In this document: one piece after another, positions 37,136-46,430 of the stretch
Position numbering within the stretch: the stretch's first letter is position 1
Layout of the letters: each line of letters begins with the position of its first letter
Assembly: GCA_963675245.1 (NCBI GenBank)
Contig: OY775910.1
Span: 1 to 64,000, forward strand
DNA length: 64,000 nucleotides
Direction: 5' to 3'
Origin: Acholeplasmataceae bacterium
GTDB lineage: Bacteria; Bacillota_I; Bacilli_A; Acholeplasmatales; Acholeplasmataceae
Translations under genes and position numbers: made by a program
The notes under the pieces: model-generated
The model's input: only the letters and a program-made list of their open reading frames with translations
The model's database searches: none
Told to the model about the DNA's origin: nothing

Positions 37136-39628
37136 TTAAATAAATAAGTTATGATTGCTTTCAGTTGTATCTCCTAAGTAGGTAGCTACACCAGCCACTT
37201 CGATACCATCAATTAATTCTTCTTCTTTAATACCCATAATATCCATACTCATTGCACATGCGATAATCTTAACACCCATATCGATTGCATTTTGCATTAA
37301 AGTTTGAAGAGAATCAACATTCTTTTTCTTCATAATGGATTTAATCATCTTAGGTCCCATACCACCCATATTCATGTTAGAAATTGGAAGTTTGTTAACA
37401 CCACGTGGCATCATTCTACCAAACATTTTTTCAATAAATGTCTTCTTAATACGGACACGTTTTGGTTTTCTTAAGATGTTTAATCCCCAGAATGTAAAAA
37501 ATAAACTGACTTTTTTACCCATCGATTGTGCACCAGATGCGATAATGAATGCAGCAATAGCTTTATCCAAATCTTGACTGAAGACAACAATAGTTGTACC
37601 ATTTTGGTCTTCTCTTACTTCATAACCAGATTTAGGTGCTTTAGGCATTGCCTTATTTTGACCTTTTTGGATATGAGCAGTGATAATACGACCATCTCTT
37701 GTGACATTAAGCAATGTATTTCCTGTCTTATCTGACCAGCTTTGAATATCCTTCATAAAGCCTGGATCAGTTGCTTTAACTTCTAGCACCTGACCATCTT
37801 CAATGGATTGCATATTCTTGTAAACTTGAACTATTGGACCAGGACATTGAAGACCACATGCATCAATTGACAAACTCACTTTAGCATCATGCATAACAGG
37901 AACAGGTTCTTCAAGTTTTATTTTATCTAGAACTGGTATACCTAAATCATCCGTTAATCGGAAGCAGATTTCACTACCATTTTCATCAAATACACAGCTA
38001 TATGATTTTAAACCACCATCTAAATTCTTAACTGGATAACCATGTTGCATTAAAATTCTAGTAGCAGCATAACCTCGTTGTCCAACATGACAGTAAACAT
38101 ATATTTCTCTATCTTTTGGAATTTCATCGAGTCTATGTCTGATTTGTGATAAAGGGATATTAATCGAACCTGGTAAATATTCTAAGATATATTCTGCTTC
38201 CTCACGTACGTCAATAATAAACGCACCTCTTGAGGCTAATTCTTGCATATCAGACCAAGTGATGGTTTGAACCATATCTTTAATGATGTTGTCTGCAACA
38301 AATCCAACCATATTGATTGGATCTTTTGCTGACGAGAATGGTGGTGCATATGCAAGATCTAAGTTTTTAAGCTCTGTGACTTTCATTTTGGCATAAATAG
38401 CAGTTGATAAAACATCAATACGTTTATCTGTACCATGACCACCCACTGCTTGACCACCATAAATCTCTTCTGTTTCTGGGTTAAATAAAACCTTTAATGA
38501 AATAACATCTGAACCAGGATAATAACTTGCATGATTAGTAGGATGTACATGAATACCTTTATAAGGTAGCCCTAATTGTTTTAATGTTTTTTCGTTAACA
38601 CCAGTGCTTGCAACTGTGAGTTCAAATATCTTAGCTGCTGAAGTTGCAAGTGTGCCATGATATACATCTTCGATACCATTAATGTGATTTGCTACATAGC
38701 GACCTTGCTTATTAGCAGGTCCAGCTAAAGCAGCCGACATAGGTTCACCAGTTACTTCATTGATGACATCAATCACATCACCAATTGCATAAATATCTGG
38801 ATCTGATGTTTGAAGATATTCATTCACCTTTATTGAACCACGTCTTGTCAATTCCAGCTGTGCAGTTTTAGCTAGTTCATTATCAGGACGAACACCAATC
38901 GCGAAGATAATGAGATCAGTTAAAATAGTTGTCCCAGAAGCGAGTGTAATTTTCCTACCTGCTTGTTCAAATGATTTAACCCCATCATTTAAAATGAGGT
39001 CTACACCATTTTCAACAATCTTTTGATGAATAATTTGTGCCATTTCATAGTCAAACATAGCCATGACTTGAGGTGCCATTTCGATAAGTTTAACATGTAT
39101 ACCGAGATGGGCAAGGTTTTCCATCATTTCGATACCAATAAAACCACCACCAATGACTGTTGCAGTCTTTGGTTGTTTTTCTTTAATGTAAGCTATAATT
39201 TCATCCATATCAGGAATGTTTCGAAGCTTAAATAGATTTGTAGCTTCTTTTAAACCTGGAATTGGTGGCATAATAGGTTGCGCACCAGTTGATATGATAA
39301 CCTTATCATAAGACTCTTCATAGGTCTTATTTCCTTTTAAATCTTTAACAACAACTTTTTTATTTTCTTTATCAATATTGATTGCTTCTGACAAAATTCT
39401 AACATCAATGTTAAATTTCGCTTTCATGTCCTCAACTGATTGTACAATAAGCGAATCTCTTGATGTGATGACGCCCCCTATATGATAAGGCAAACCGCAG
39501 TTTGCAAATGAGATAAATTCACCACGTTCAAGTAATATAATTTCAGCAAATTCATCTAAACGACGTAAGCGTGCTGCAGTTGTTGCTCCACCAGCAACAC
39601 CACCTACGATGATAATTTTTTTATTCAT
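37136..39628 (-). CDS. CoA-disulfide/persulfide reductase fused to rhodanese, TusA and DsrE domains
   Basis: GGVAGG, SFANCGLPY and YAPPFS (CoADR); DVRE and YCHVGQR (rhodanese); DACGLQCPGP (TusA); FFTFWGL and ACAMSMDIMG (DsrE). Confidence 0.93.
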   Translation of the reverse strand: MNKKIIIVGGVAGGATTAARLRRLDEFAEIILLERGEFISFANCGLPYHIGGVITSRDSLIVQSVEDMKAKFNIDVRILSEAINIDKENKKVVVKDLKGNKTYEESYDKVIISTGAQPIMPPIPGLKEATNLFKLRNIPDMDEIIAYIKEKQPKTATVIGGGFIGIEMMENLAHLGIHVKLIEMAPQVMAMFDYEMAQIIHQKIVENGVDLILNDGVKSFEQAGRKITLASGTTILTDLIIFAIGVRPDNELAKTAQLELTRRGSIKVNEYLQTSDPDIYAIGDVIDVINEVTGEPMSAALAGPANKQGRYVANHINGIEDVYHGTLATSAAKIFELTVASTGVNEKTLKQLGLPYKGIHVHPTNHASYYPGSDVISLKVLFNPETEEIYGGQAVGGHGTDKRIDVLSTAIYAKMKVTELKNLDLAYAPPFSSAKDPINMVGFVADNIIKDMVQTITWSDMQELASRGAFIIDVREEAEYILEYLPGSINIPLSQIRHRLDEIPKDREIYVYCHVGQRGYAATRILMQHGYPVKNLDGGLKSYSCVFDENGSEICFRLTDDLGIPVLDKIKLEEPVPVMHDAKVSLSIDACGLQCPGPIVQVYKNMQSIEDGQVLEVKATDPGFMKDIQSWSDKTGNTLLNVTRDGRIITAHIQKGQNKAMPKAPKSGYEVREDQNGTTIVVFSQDLDKAIAAFIIASGAQSMGKKVSLFFTFWGLNILRKPKRVRIKKTFIEKMFGRMMPRGVNKLPISNMNMGGMGPKMIKSIMKKKNVDSLQTLMQNAIDMGVKIIACAMSMDIMGIKEEELIDGIEVAGVATYLGDTTESNHNLFI

Positions 39629-39650
39629 TAGCATACCTCCAACTCTTATT

Positions 39651-39679
39651 AATATACGCCATTCAGATGTAGATGTCAA
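39651..39679 (-). promoter_or_regulatory. Promoter for the CoA-persulfide reductase fusion
   Basis: Minus strand TTGACA (39674-39679), 17 bp, TATATT (39651-39656). Confidence 0.6.
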
Positions 39680-39754
39680 TAAAAAAATGCCATATGAAAG
39701 ATTATGAAAATGTTATCATAAAACTTATGCTATGATATAAATAGGAGGCATATT

Positions 39755-40360
39755 ATGAATATACTTATTACTGGTTTTATGCCATTCGGTGGACATGATA
39801 CAAATGTGACTAAAATCTTGCTAGATAATTTTAAATATGAGAATCAAAATCATATGATACATAAGGTTATTTTTTCAACTACTTTCGATACATTGAGAAG
39901 TGAATTAATGAATGCATTAGTCACATATAATCCTGATCTATTAATTCATTTAGGAGAACATGCTAGAGCTGACGCTATTACCTTAGAGCGTGTTGCGATT
40001 AATTTTGATGATGCGAGAATTCCTGATAATGCCGGCATACAACCTATAGATTTACCCATTGTTGACAACGGTGTATCAGCTTATTTTTCACATCTACCAT
40101 TAAGATCGATTGAATCAGCATTGAAAGATAAAAACATTCCTGTCAAAATATCATATTCTGCAGGTGCATTTGTCTGCAACCATCTCTTTTATGTATCTGA
40201 AGATATTCAATCACAAAGAAAAAACCGGATTCCCTCCGGTTTCATTCATATACCACTTATTAAAGAACAAGATGAGCGTGCTTTATTTGATCTTGAAACA
40301 ATTAAACATGCACTAACCGTTATCATTGATACCTGTATTAAAGCATCATCTAAATCTTGA
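39755..40360 (+). CDS. pcp: Pyroglutamyl-peptidase I
   Basis: ILITGF.PFGG, ERVAIN..DARIPDNAG, SAGAFVCN and GFIHIP motifs. Confidence 0.95.
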   Translation: MNILITGFMPFGGHDTNVTKILLDNFKYENQNHMIHKVIFSTTFDTLRSELMNALVTYNPDLLIHLGEHARADAITLERVAINFDDARIPDNAGIQPIDLPIVDNGVSAYFSHLPLRSIESALKDKNIPVKISYSAGAFVCNHLFYVSEDIQSQRKNRIPSGFIHIPLIKEQDERALFDLETIKHALTVIIDTCIKASSKS

Positions 40361-40663
40361 ATATTCACTTAAATCAACATTTAACCAATATGATTTACCA
40401 TCATCACTTCGCTTCATAAAGCCATAGTCAATCATAAATCTGCGGACAGTTGCGAAATCACTATAAGCTTTTTTCAAAATGTCATTCACATCTGATTCTT
40501 TATAAATTTTATCTATTTCAAAACTATGAACAAGAAAACACGCAAGTATATATTTGCGTTTTTCTTTGGCAGGAAATACACTAAATGTTACAGGGTTTAC
40601 TGAATCTAGTGTACCTTTTTTTATATTGTGAATATCTTGTTCCGTAATGTCAAATTTAATCAT
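40346..40663 (-). CDS. DUF2087 domain protein
   Basis: FPAKEKRK, YKESDVNDIL, DFATVRRFMIDYGFMKR and YW motifs. Confidence 0.85.
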   Translation of the reverse strand: MIKFDITEQDIHNIKKGTLDSVNPVTFSVFPAKEKRKYILACFLVHSFEIDKIYKESDVNDILKKAYSDFATVRRFMIDYGFMKRSDDGKSYWLNVDLSEYSRFR

Positions 40664-41261
40664 TATTTATTTCCAAATACCATACTTTAGCTGCATCTAA
40701 TTCCTCTTTTGATAATTGATGACCAAATTCCGTCCAAAAGACTGAAACTTCAGCATTTGCACTCTGATAGATTTGAGTTAACTCATGAACTTCATGTTCT
40801 GGCATCATTTGATCATTTTGCCCAGCACCAATAAATACACTCATACGACCCAAATTTGGAATGCTGATACCTCTAATCGGAACCATTGGATGAAGTAAAA
40901 TCATACTTTTAAAGACTTTTCCATGAAGAAATGCCATCGCACTAGCGATATTTGCACCATTAGAATATCCAACAGCTATCATTTTCTTAGGATCAAAACG
41001 ATAAATCTTGGCATGTTCATGTAAATAATCCTTTAAATTATGAGCTTCCTCAATGAGGCTTTCTTCATCAAAAACACCCATAGATTTTCTTTTAAAGAAA
41101 CGTGACATACCATATTCAGATACGTTTCCTCTCACACCTAAAAGATTCGCTTCAGGATCAATATGTTTTCCTATATCTAGCAAATCCTTCTCACTTCCAC
41201 CTGTACCATGTAATAACACAAGTGTTTTTCCGTTTGTACCTTTTTTAAATATATGGACCAT
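40656..41261 (-). CDS. Alpha/beta hydrolase (MhqD-like carboxylesterase)
   Basis: LLHGTGG, RFFKR, GYSNGANIA and GHQL motifs; start at MVHIFK with a GGAGG RBS. Confidence 0.9.
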   Translation of the reverse strand: MVHIFKKGTNGKTLVLLHGTGGSEKDLLDIGKHIDPEANLLGVRGNVSEYGMSRFFKRKSMGVFDEESLIEEAHNLKDYLHEHAKIYRFDPKKMIAVGYSNGANIASAMAFLHGKVFKSMILLHPMVPIRGISIPNLGRMSVFIGAGQNDQMMPEHEVHELTQIYQSANAEVSVFWTEFGHQLSKEELDAAKVWYLEINND

Positions 41262-41336
41262 TTTATCCCTCCGTTGTTCTATTAGCGGCGGTTCTAGGTT
41301 GCTAAGATACATGTTGTCTTTTGTGTTTATTATACA

Positions 41337-42329
41337 TTATTTAAAGTATTCTTTAACAAAATTTTTATTACTTCTTGTTGTATCAAACATCCTCACCTTT
41401 TTTTCAATCCATTCACGCTTATCTTTAAATCTTGGTGGTAAAGCTAATTGTTCACCTAATGTTTCATATGTTTCATCACCATCTAAGAATCCTGGACCAT
41501 CTGTTGCAAATTCAAATAGCATATTAGGATACATTCTTGTGTATAATGAGTGGAAGTAAAATCTATCAACATGACCCGAATGTCTGTAACCAACACTATT
41601 TAGATACGTTATCCATGAATTTAAATCCGTTTTGTTTTTTACTCTAAAAGCTACATGATGGATGGCACCATCGCCTTGTCTGCCTTGAGTCATATTTGAC
41701 GTTTGTTCCACAATTACCGATGCACCATTTCCACCAGGTGCGACTTCGTATAAGTATAAGTTGTGTTCTTCTTTCACTAATTTGAAACCTAAATGTGCAT
41801 CTAAGATATGATCAAATCGTTTCGCATCAGATACACGAAAGTAAACAGGACCTAAACCGACAATTGCATATTCATCAGGTATTGGACCTAAATGCCATGG
41901 AATACCTGGTCTAACACCTTTAATACCCTCATCTGATATTAAGATATATTCTTGACCATCAAAATCTTCAAATAAAATTGCTTTTCTGTCAAATAGGAAC
42001 ATCACGCCATGATGATTAACACTTAAATAATCAAAACGTGTAAGCCAATAATCAATGGCTTCATTACTTGTAACGCGTAAACCAATTTTAGCAATCTCAT
42101 TCGTACCTTTGATGGCTTTTGCATTTCCTTGGAAATCAAAAAAAGTCACGTCTGTACCTGCATTGCCAGCCTCATCTGCAAAGAATAAATGATATGTATT
42201 TATATCATCTTGATTGACTGTTTTTTTAACTAATCTCATACCTAAAGTATAAGTAAAAAATTCATATATCATGATGGCATCACTCGTCATAAGGGTCGCG
42301 TGATGTATGCCGTGAATTTTATTCATCAT
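41337..42329 (-). CDS. Ring-cleaving dioxygenase (VOC family, MhqA/MhqO-like)
   Basis: GIHHAT, LVKKTVNQDD..YHLFF, HHVAFR, DRFYFHSLY and EFATDGPGF motifs. Confidence 0.93.
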   Translation of the reverse strand: MMNKIHGIHHATLMTSDAIMIYEFFTYTLGMRLVKKTVNQDDINTYHLFFADEAGNAGTDVTFFDFQGNAKAIKGTNEIAKIGLRVTSNEAIDYWLTRFDYLSVNHHGVMFLFDRKAILFEDFDGQEYILISDEGIKGVRPGIPWHLGPIPDEYAIVGLGPVYFRVSDAKRFDHILDAHLGFKLVKEEHNLYLYEVAPGGNGASVIVEQTSNMTQGRQGDGAIHHVAFRVKNKTDLNSWITYLNSVGYRHSGHVDRFYFHSLYTRMYPNMLFEFATDGPGFLDGDETYETLGEQLALPPRFKDKREWIEKKVRMFDTTRSNKNFVKEYFK

Positions 42330-42394
42330 ATCCACCTCACCTATATTGTAACTTACAAAAAGTAACCAATCAAACATTACGCATTCCAATAAAT

Positions 42395-42420
42395 AAAAAA
42401 GGGTATTATTTACCCTTTTT
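42395..42420 (-). terminator. Intrinsic terminator after the CBS gene
   Basis: AAAAAGGGTA-N6-TACCCTTTTT. Confidence 0.65.
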
Positions 42421-42807
42421 CGCTATCATGTAGCTAAATATAGATTTTCTAGTAATAATGCCTATAAAAGCCCCGAAGTCGTCAATGACAGGTATAAAGT
42501 TTTGTCTTGTCGCTACCTCAAAAATATCTTCCATTTGTGTGTTAACATCAATTGCTTTATTATCTTTGTTCCGTGGAACATCAGTAATTAAGATATCTTC
42601 TGTTTGATTAAAATCAATTTGATGATCCTTGATATACCACAGTAAATCACCTTCACTGAGTGTACCAATATAATCACCTTTTTTGTTCAAAATAGGTATC
42701 GATTGATAACGATAAACCTGCATTTTTTCAAGTGCTTGTCGCATCGTTTGATCATCGTAAATAAATGCGACTTTCTCCTTCGGGATTAACCAAAACAAGA
42801 TGTTCAT
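42406..42807 (-). CDS. Stand-alone tandem CBS domain protein (YkuL/DarB-related)
   Basis: RQALEKM..YRY.SIPIL..G.YIGTLSEGDLLW and FIPVIDD.G.FIGIITRK motifs. Confidence 0.88.
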   Translation of the reverse strand: MNILFWLIPKEKVAFIYDDQTMRQALEKMQVYRYQSIPILNKKGDYIGTLSEGDLLWYIKDHQIDFNQTEDILITDVPRNKDNKAIDVNTQMEDIFEVATRQNFIPVIDDFGAFIGIITRKSIFSYMIAKKGK

Positions 42808-42937
42808 ATGTTGTCCCCTTTGAGATTGTTTATATTGTTTTTAGAACACTTATATTATACCATATTGTAAAGCGTTTTCATAGTTTCACATATTGTATAG
42901 TTGTGGTAAACTAGTTTCTATGAAGGAGTTGTTTAGC

Positions 42938-43756
42938 ATGAAGATTGGTGTCCTTGGACCAAAGGGAACATTTAGCGATTTAGCCCTAAAAAAATATCAA
43001 ATTGACCACACTGTTACGCCTTACTATTATCAAACTTTAGATCAAACAGTGAATGCATTAGAAAGACTCGATCGGATTATCGTTCCAATCGAAAATACAT
43101 TGGAAGGATATGTTCAACCAATTCTAGACTTTATGATTAGTCAAGATGTTCATATCGAATCTGAGCTAACGATTCCCGTTCAATATGCATTTGTTACTCA
43201 TGTAGATGAATTAGCAAAAGTCAAAAATGTATATGTTCAGTTCGCATCCAAGAGTCAATGTCAAAAATTTATTAGTGATCATAATCTTACCGTTACGCTA
43301 ACTGAAAGTAATGTTCAATCATATCATCGTTTATTAGAAGGTGACGCTTCAGATGGAGCGATTATTCCAATTCATATGGTGTCCAATAATTTTAAATTAA
43401 AAATTGAAAATATTGCTGATACACAAAATAATCAAACCCGTTTTATTGTCTTATCAAAAACCTTTAATCAACAATATGCAGAACGTTTTAAATTCAGTTT
43501 AGTTGTAAGACCTACTCAAGACCGTTCAGGTTTGTTATACGACATTCTAAAAATCTTTAAAGACTTCGATATAAACCTTTCAGCGATCATGTCTAGACCT
43601 CAAAAAACTAGACTTGGCCAATATTACTTCTATATTGAATTTGATGGTGAATCAGATGCAAGAGACACTGTCTCTGAAGCGTTATCTAAGATTAGAGTAA
43701 ATTTTGATGTGAAACTACTTGGTGTCTATCCTTATCCAACAAAAAAGGTGTCCTGA
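42938..43756 (+). CDS. pheA: Prephenate dehydratase
   Basis: LGPKGTFS, VPIENTLEG and NQTRF motifs plus an ACT domain; AAGGAG RBS. Confidence 0.92.
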   Translation: MKIGVLGPKGTFSDLALKKYQIDHTVTPYYYQTLDQTVNALERLDRIIVPIENTLEGYVQPILDFMISQDVHIESELTIPVQYAFVTHVDELAKVKNVYVQFASKSQCQKFISDHNLTVTLTESNVQSYHRLLEGDASDGAIIPIHMVSNNFKLKIENIADTQNNQTRFIVLSKTFNQQYAERFKFSLVVRPTQDRSGLLYDILKIFKDFDINLSAIMSRPQKTRLGQYYFYIEFDGESDARDTVSEALSKIRVNFDVKLLGVYPYPTKKVS

Positions 43757-43772
43757 TGGACACCTTCTTTTT
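43741..43772. terminator. Bidirectional terminator
   Basis: AAGGTGTCC-TGAT-GGACACCTT between convergent genes. Confidence 0.75.
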
Positions 43773-45222
43773 ATACATTGACTTGACGCTTACCTCTAAT
43801 AAGAAGTATCGTTACCATAACAGCGACATAAAGTATAACACCGAAAAATGCTATCCAAGTCCACAATGCTGGATTGGGACTATTTTGTGTGAATGTTGGT
43901 ATGAAGAGAATAGCGAACAATGGTAATGCCATCGAAATAGCCGTTCCACTACCTAAGACGAGTTCTTCTGCAACTGGTGTTTCTAATTCAGGATCAACTC
44001 CCTTTAATAAAGCTAAACCCGTTGACGCGACACCAGTCAGCATACCGAATAAACCAATGAAATATTCATCTTTATGATTGACATAAACTTTTCTAGTCAT
44101 AAATGATAGATAAGCCATTGTGCCAAATCCAGCTAGTAATGATGTAAGAATTAGTTGCCATCCATATTCTGATAAGAATTCTAATGTTATCATCATGACT
44201 CCAGCTGTAATCATGATATTAAATGCAGTTGATGCAATATTAGAGAGCATGTAATTATTCGTCAAGAAACGAACTTGTTTCCCACGTTTTTCTAAAGCTT
44301 TTAATATTTGATTATAAACAAGTGCATATAATATAGCTACGATAAAATTGAAGCCTTTCAAAATACCGAATGCCATATCACCTGCTGAACCTAAGAACCC
44401 AAATAACCATTGGAATAAAACAAGTGTTAACCAGGTTAATCCATAAATGATGGCGATCATTATTGCAGACGTTGTTAAACCATCTAACATACTAATTTGC
44501 TTAACCGTATCAATTTCAACAGTCTTCTTATCAAAACCTGGTTCATCATATTGTTTTGGTTTTGTAAAACCTTTTCGCTTCGCAATCACGTTAATCGCTA
44601 ATACACCACTGATACCACCAAATAGGAAACCGATGGTTGCATACGCTGCACCTAACGTAATACCATTCGTACCACCACCAAGCTGCGTATTCCACATTCT
44701 ACCAATGGAAGAAGCTAGTCCTGGTCCTTGACCAAAACCGAGTGCAACCAGCATACCAGATCCGATAAAACGATCTTGGAAAATGAGGAATACTAAAAGC
44801 ATTCCTAATGCTGCTTGAAGCGCATAAGTTGATGTAATCAACATACCTGTCGACCAAATCTTCTTCTTCGCCTTTTTCTGATCACCATAATCACGTTTAA
44901 GAGCAAGTGCTAAGAAACCAATTGCTAAACCATGATAGACAATACTTTGTAATAAATCAATATTGTAAATTGAATTATAAGGCATCTGAACATCGCCCTC
45001 ACCTAAATATGTTGAGAAAAAGAAACGGTTTGATTCATTCCATAATGAAGCTGAAAGTAAAGGTGTCAACACCATACTAAATATAAGTCCTAATATACCT
45101 GCAAGTAATGCAGTTGGAATAACTACCCTATTCAATCCAGGAATCCACGTTTTAAGTATTTTAGCAACGAACATTAAAACACCAAATAATAGAAAATACA
45201 AAATTACTCCAAATTCATTCAT
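43771..45222 (-). CDS. Sodium/glutamate symporter family (GltS-like) transporter
   Basis: IPTALLAG, LGFGQGPG and FGMLTGVASTGLALL..VDP motifs; many TM segments. Confidence 0.8.
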   Translation of the reverse strand: MNEFGVILYFLLFGVLMFVAKILKTWIPGLNRVVIPTALLAGILGLIFSMVLTPLLSASLWNESNRFFFSTYLGEGDVQMPYNSIYNIDLLQSIVYHGLAIGFLALALKRDYGDQKKAKKKIWSTGMLITSTYALQAALGMLLVFLIFQDRFIGSGMLVALGFGQGPGLASSIGRMWNTQLGGGTNGITLGAAYATIGFLFGGISGVLAINVIAKRKGFTKPKQYDEPGFDKKTVEIDTVKQISMLDGLTTSAIMIAIIYGLTWLTLVLFQWLFGFLGSAGDMAFGILKGFNFIVAILYALVYNQILKALEKRGKQVRFLTNNYMLSNIASTAFNIMITAGVMMITLEFLSEYGWQLILTSLLAGFGTMAYLSFMTRKVYVNHKDEYFIGLFGMLTGVASTGLALLKGVDPELETPVAEELVLGSGTAISMALPLFAILFIPTFTQNSPNPALWTWIAFFGVILYVAVMVTILLIRGKRQVNV

Positions 45223-45223
45223 T

Positions 45224-46360
45224 TTAGCTCTCCTTTTTCATGTTAATTAAATCAAAGAATAACATGGCATGATTCATTTTCAATAAATAAGTATTATCTT
45301 GATCATCAAAAGAAATTTTGTTTTGCTGCGTTAACGCAACACCTTGCATTTCTTTAATGTTAACACTATAATTATGTGTCTTACTAGTCACTAGCAATAT
45401 ATCGCCAACGATGCGAATAGTTGCTTTTTTGGTAATACGTTTACGACGTTGTTTATCTAAAAGTAACTCATAAAACTTTCCTGTTGTCTCAAATGTCTCA
45501 TGCATATGAGGTTTTAACCATTCTTGTTGTTTTCTTCCCCACTCAATCATATCTTTCACATGATCCGAGACATACATATGATGTTCATCTATTGATGCTA
45601 TCTTGCCACAATGTTCACAATATATATCATTTCCTTTTGATGAAATCGTTTGAATATGATGACATTTCGGACAACCATATAAGAAGTTTTCTGATCCTTC
45701 TGCTTTATTGTTTTGTAGATAAGTTACTTGTGCTTTTTCATTCCATTGATATTCATTAAATGCGATTTCTTTTTCAAGAAGTGCTGATAAATCTTCAACA
45801 CTCATTGCATCTAAATCATCACCTTTAACTAAACGTTTATACTGAAGATAAATAGGTGCTCTTTTTCGATAATGATCAGACCATCTTGGGTGTGCAAAAT
45901 AACCACCTCTAAATTGACCAATCACCAAATCAAATTTGAGTTTTTTGATGAGTTTTGCAGTTGATGTGAAATCTGTTGGTGTTTGTTCACCGAAATATGA
46001 TGAATTGCCTTCAGGACAGATTTGAATACCTCTTTTATCCTTATAAAACGCATTTCTTATTAATCTTATTGTATGTGTGTCTGCTTGTCCTTTTCGTTTT
46101 GGAATGGATTTTAATATTTTAGTTAATGCAAATCTCAATACAGGATTCGTATATAAAGTATTAGAAGCAACAGGATAAGGATAATAAGCTAAATTCATAC
46201 CAATTAATAATGGGTCATTCAATTGCTCATGATTACTAACTAGAAAATATGGTTCACTTCGATCCATACTAAAATCTTCACATGAAATAATCAAATTAAA
46301 ACGATGATTGAAAAAACGTCGTAAAAAGAATCTAGCTGTTTCAAGTTTTAATCCTAACAA
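45224..46360 (-). CDS. Lysophospholipid acyltransferase family protein with a Zn-ribbon C-terminal part
   Basis: NHEQLND (HX4D), PEGN, HPRW and CPKC...CEHC motifs. Confidence 0.82.
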   Translation of the reverse strand: MLGLKLETARFFLRRFFNHRFNLIISCEDFSMDRSEPYFLVSNHEQLNDPLLIGMNLAYYPYPVASNTLYTNPVLRFALTKILKSIPKRKGQADTHTIRLIRNAFYKDKRGIQICPEGNSSYFGEQTPTDFTSTAKLIKKLKFDLVIGQFRGGYFAHPRWSDHYRKRAPIYLQYKRLVKGDDLDAMSVEDLSALLEKEIAFNEYQWNEKAQVTYLQNNKAEGSENFLYGCPKCHHIQTISSKGNDIYCEHCGKIASIDEHHMYVSDHVKDMIEWGRKQQEWLKPHMHETFETTGKFYELLLDKQRRKRITKKATIRIVGDILLVTSKTHNYSVNIKEMQGVALTQQNKISFDDQDNTYLLKMNHAMLFFDLINMKKES

Positions 46361-46391
46361 AATACCACCTACTGTCTATTTTTTTGTAAGC

Positions 46392-46413
46392 AAAAGGGGA
46401 TGGTTTCCCCTTT
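46392..46413 (-). terminator. Probable terminator after ald
   Basis: AAAGGGGA-TGGTT-TCCCCTTT. Confidence 0.55.
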
Positions 46414-46430
46414 CCCCTTTATAATTGTTT

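Noticed and set aside
41262..41336. Fluoride or preQ1 riboswitch
   Set aside because: AACCGC...GCTAAT resembles part of the fluoride aptamer, but the GATG/GTTC 5' elements and TGAC are missing. The preQ1-like GGTTCTAG is on the antisense strand and lacks the A-rich tail.
17200..42400. Genomic island or mobile element explaining the dense regulator/exporter block
   Set aside because: I saw no integrase, transposase, tRNA, flanking direct repeats or obvious compositional shift; terminator and RBS style match the rest of the window.
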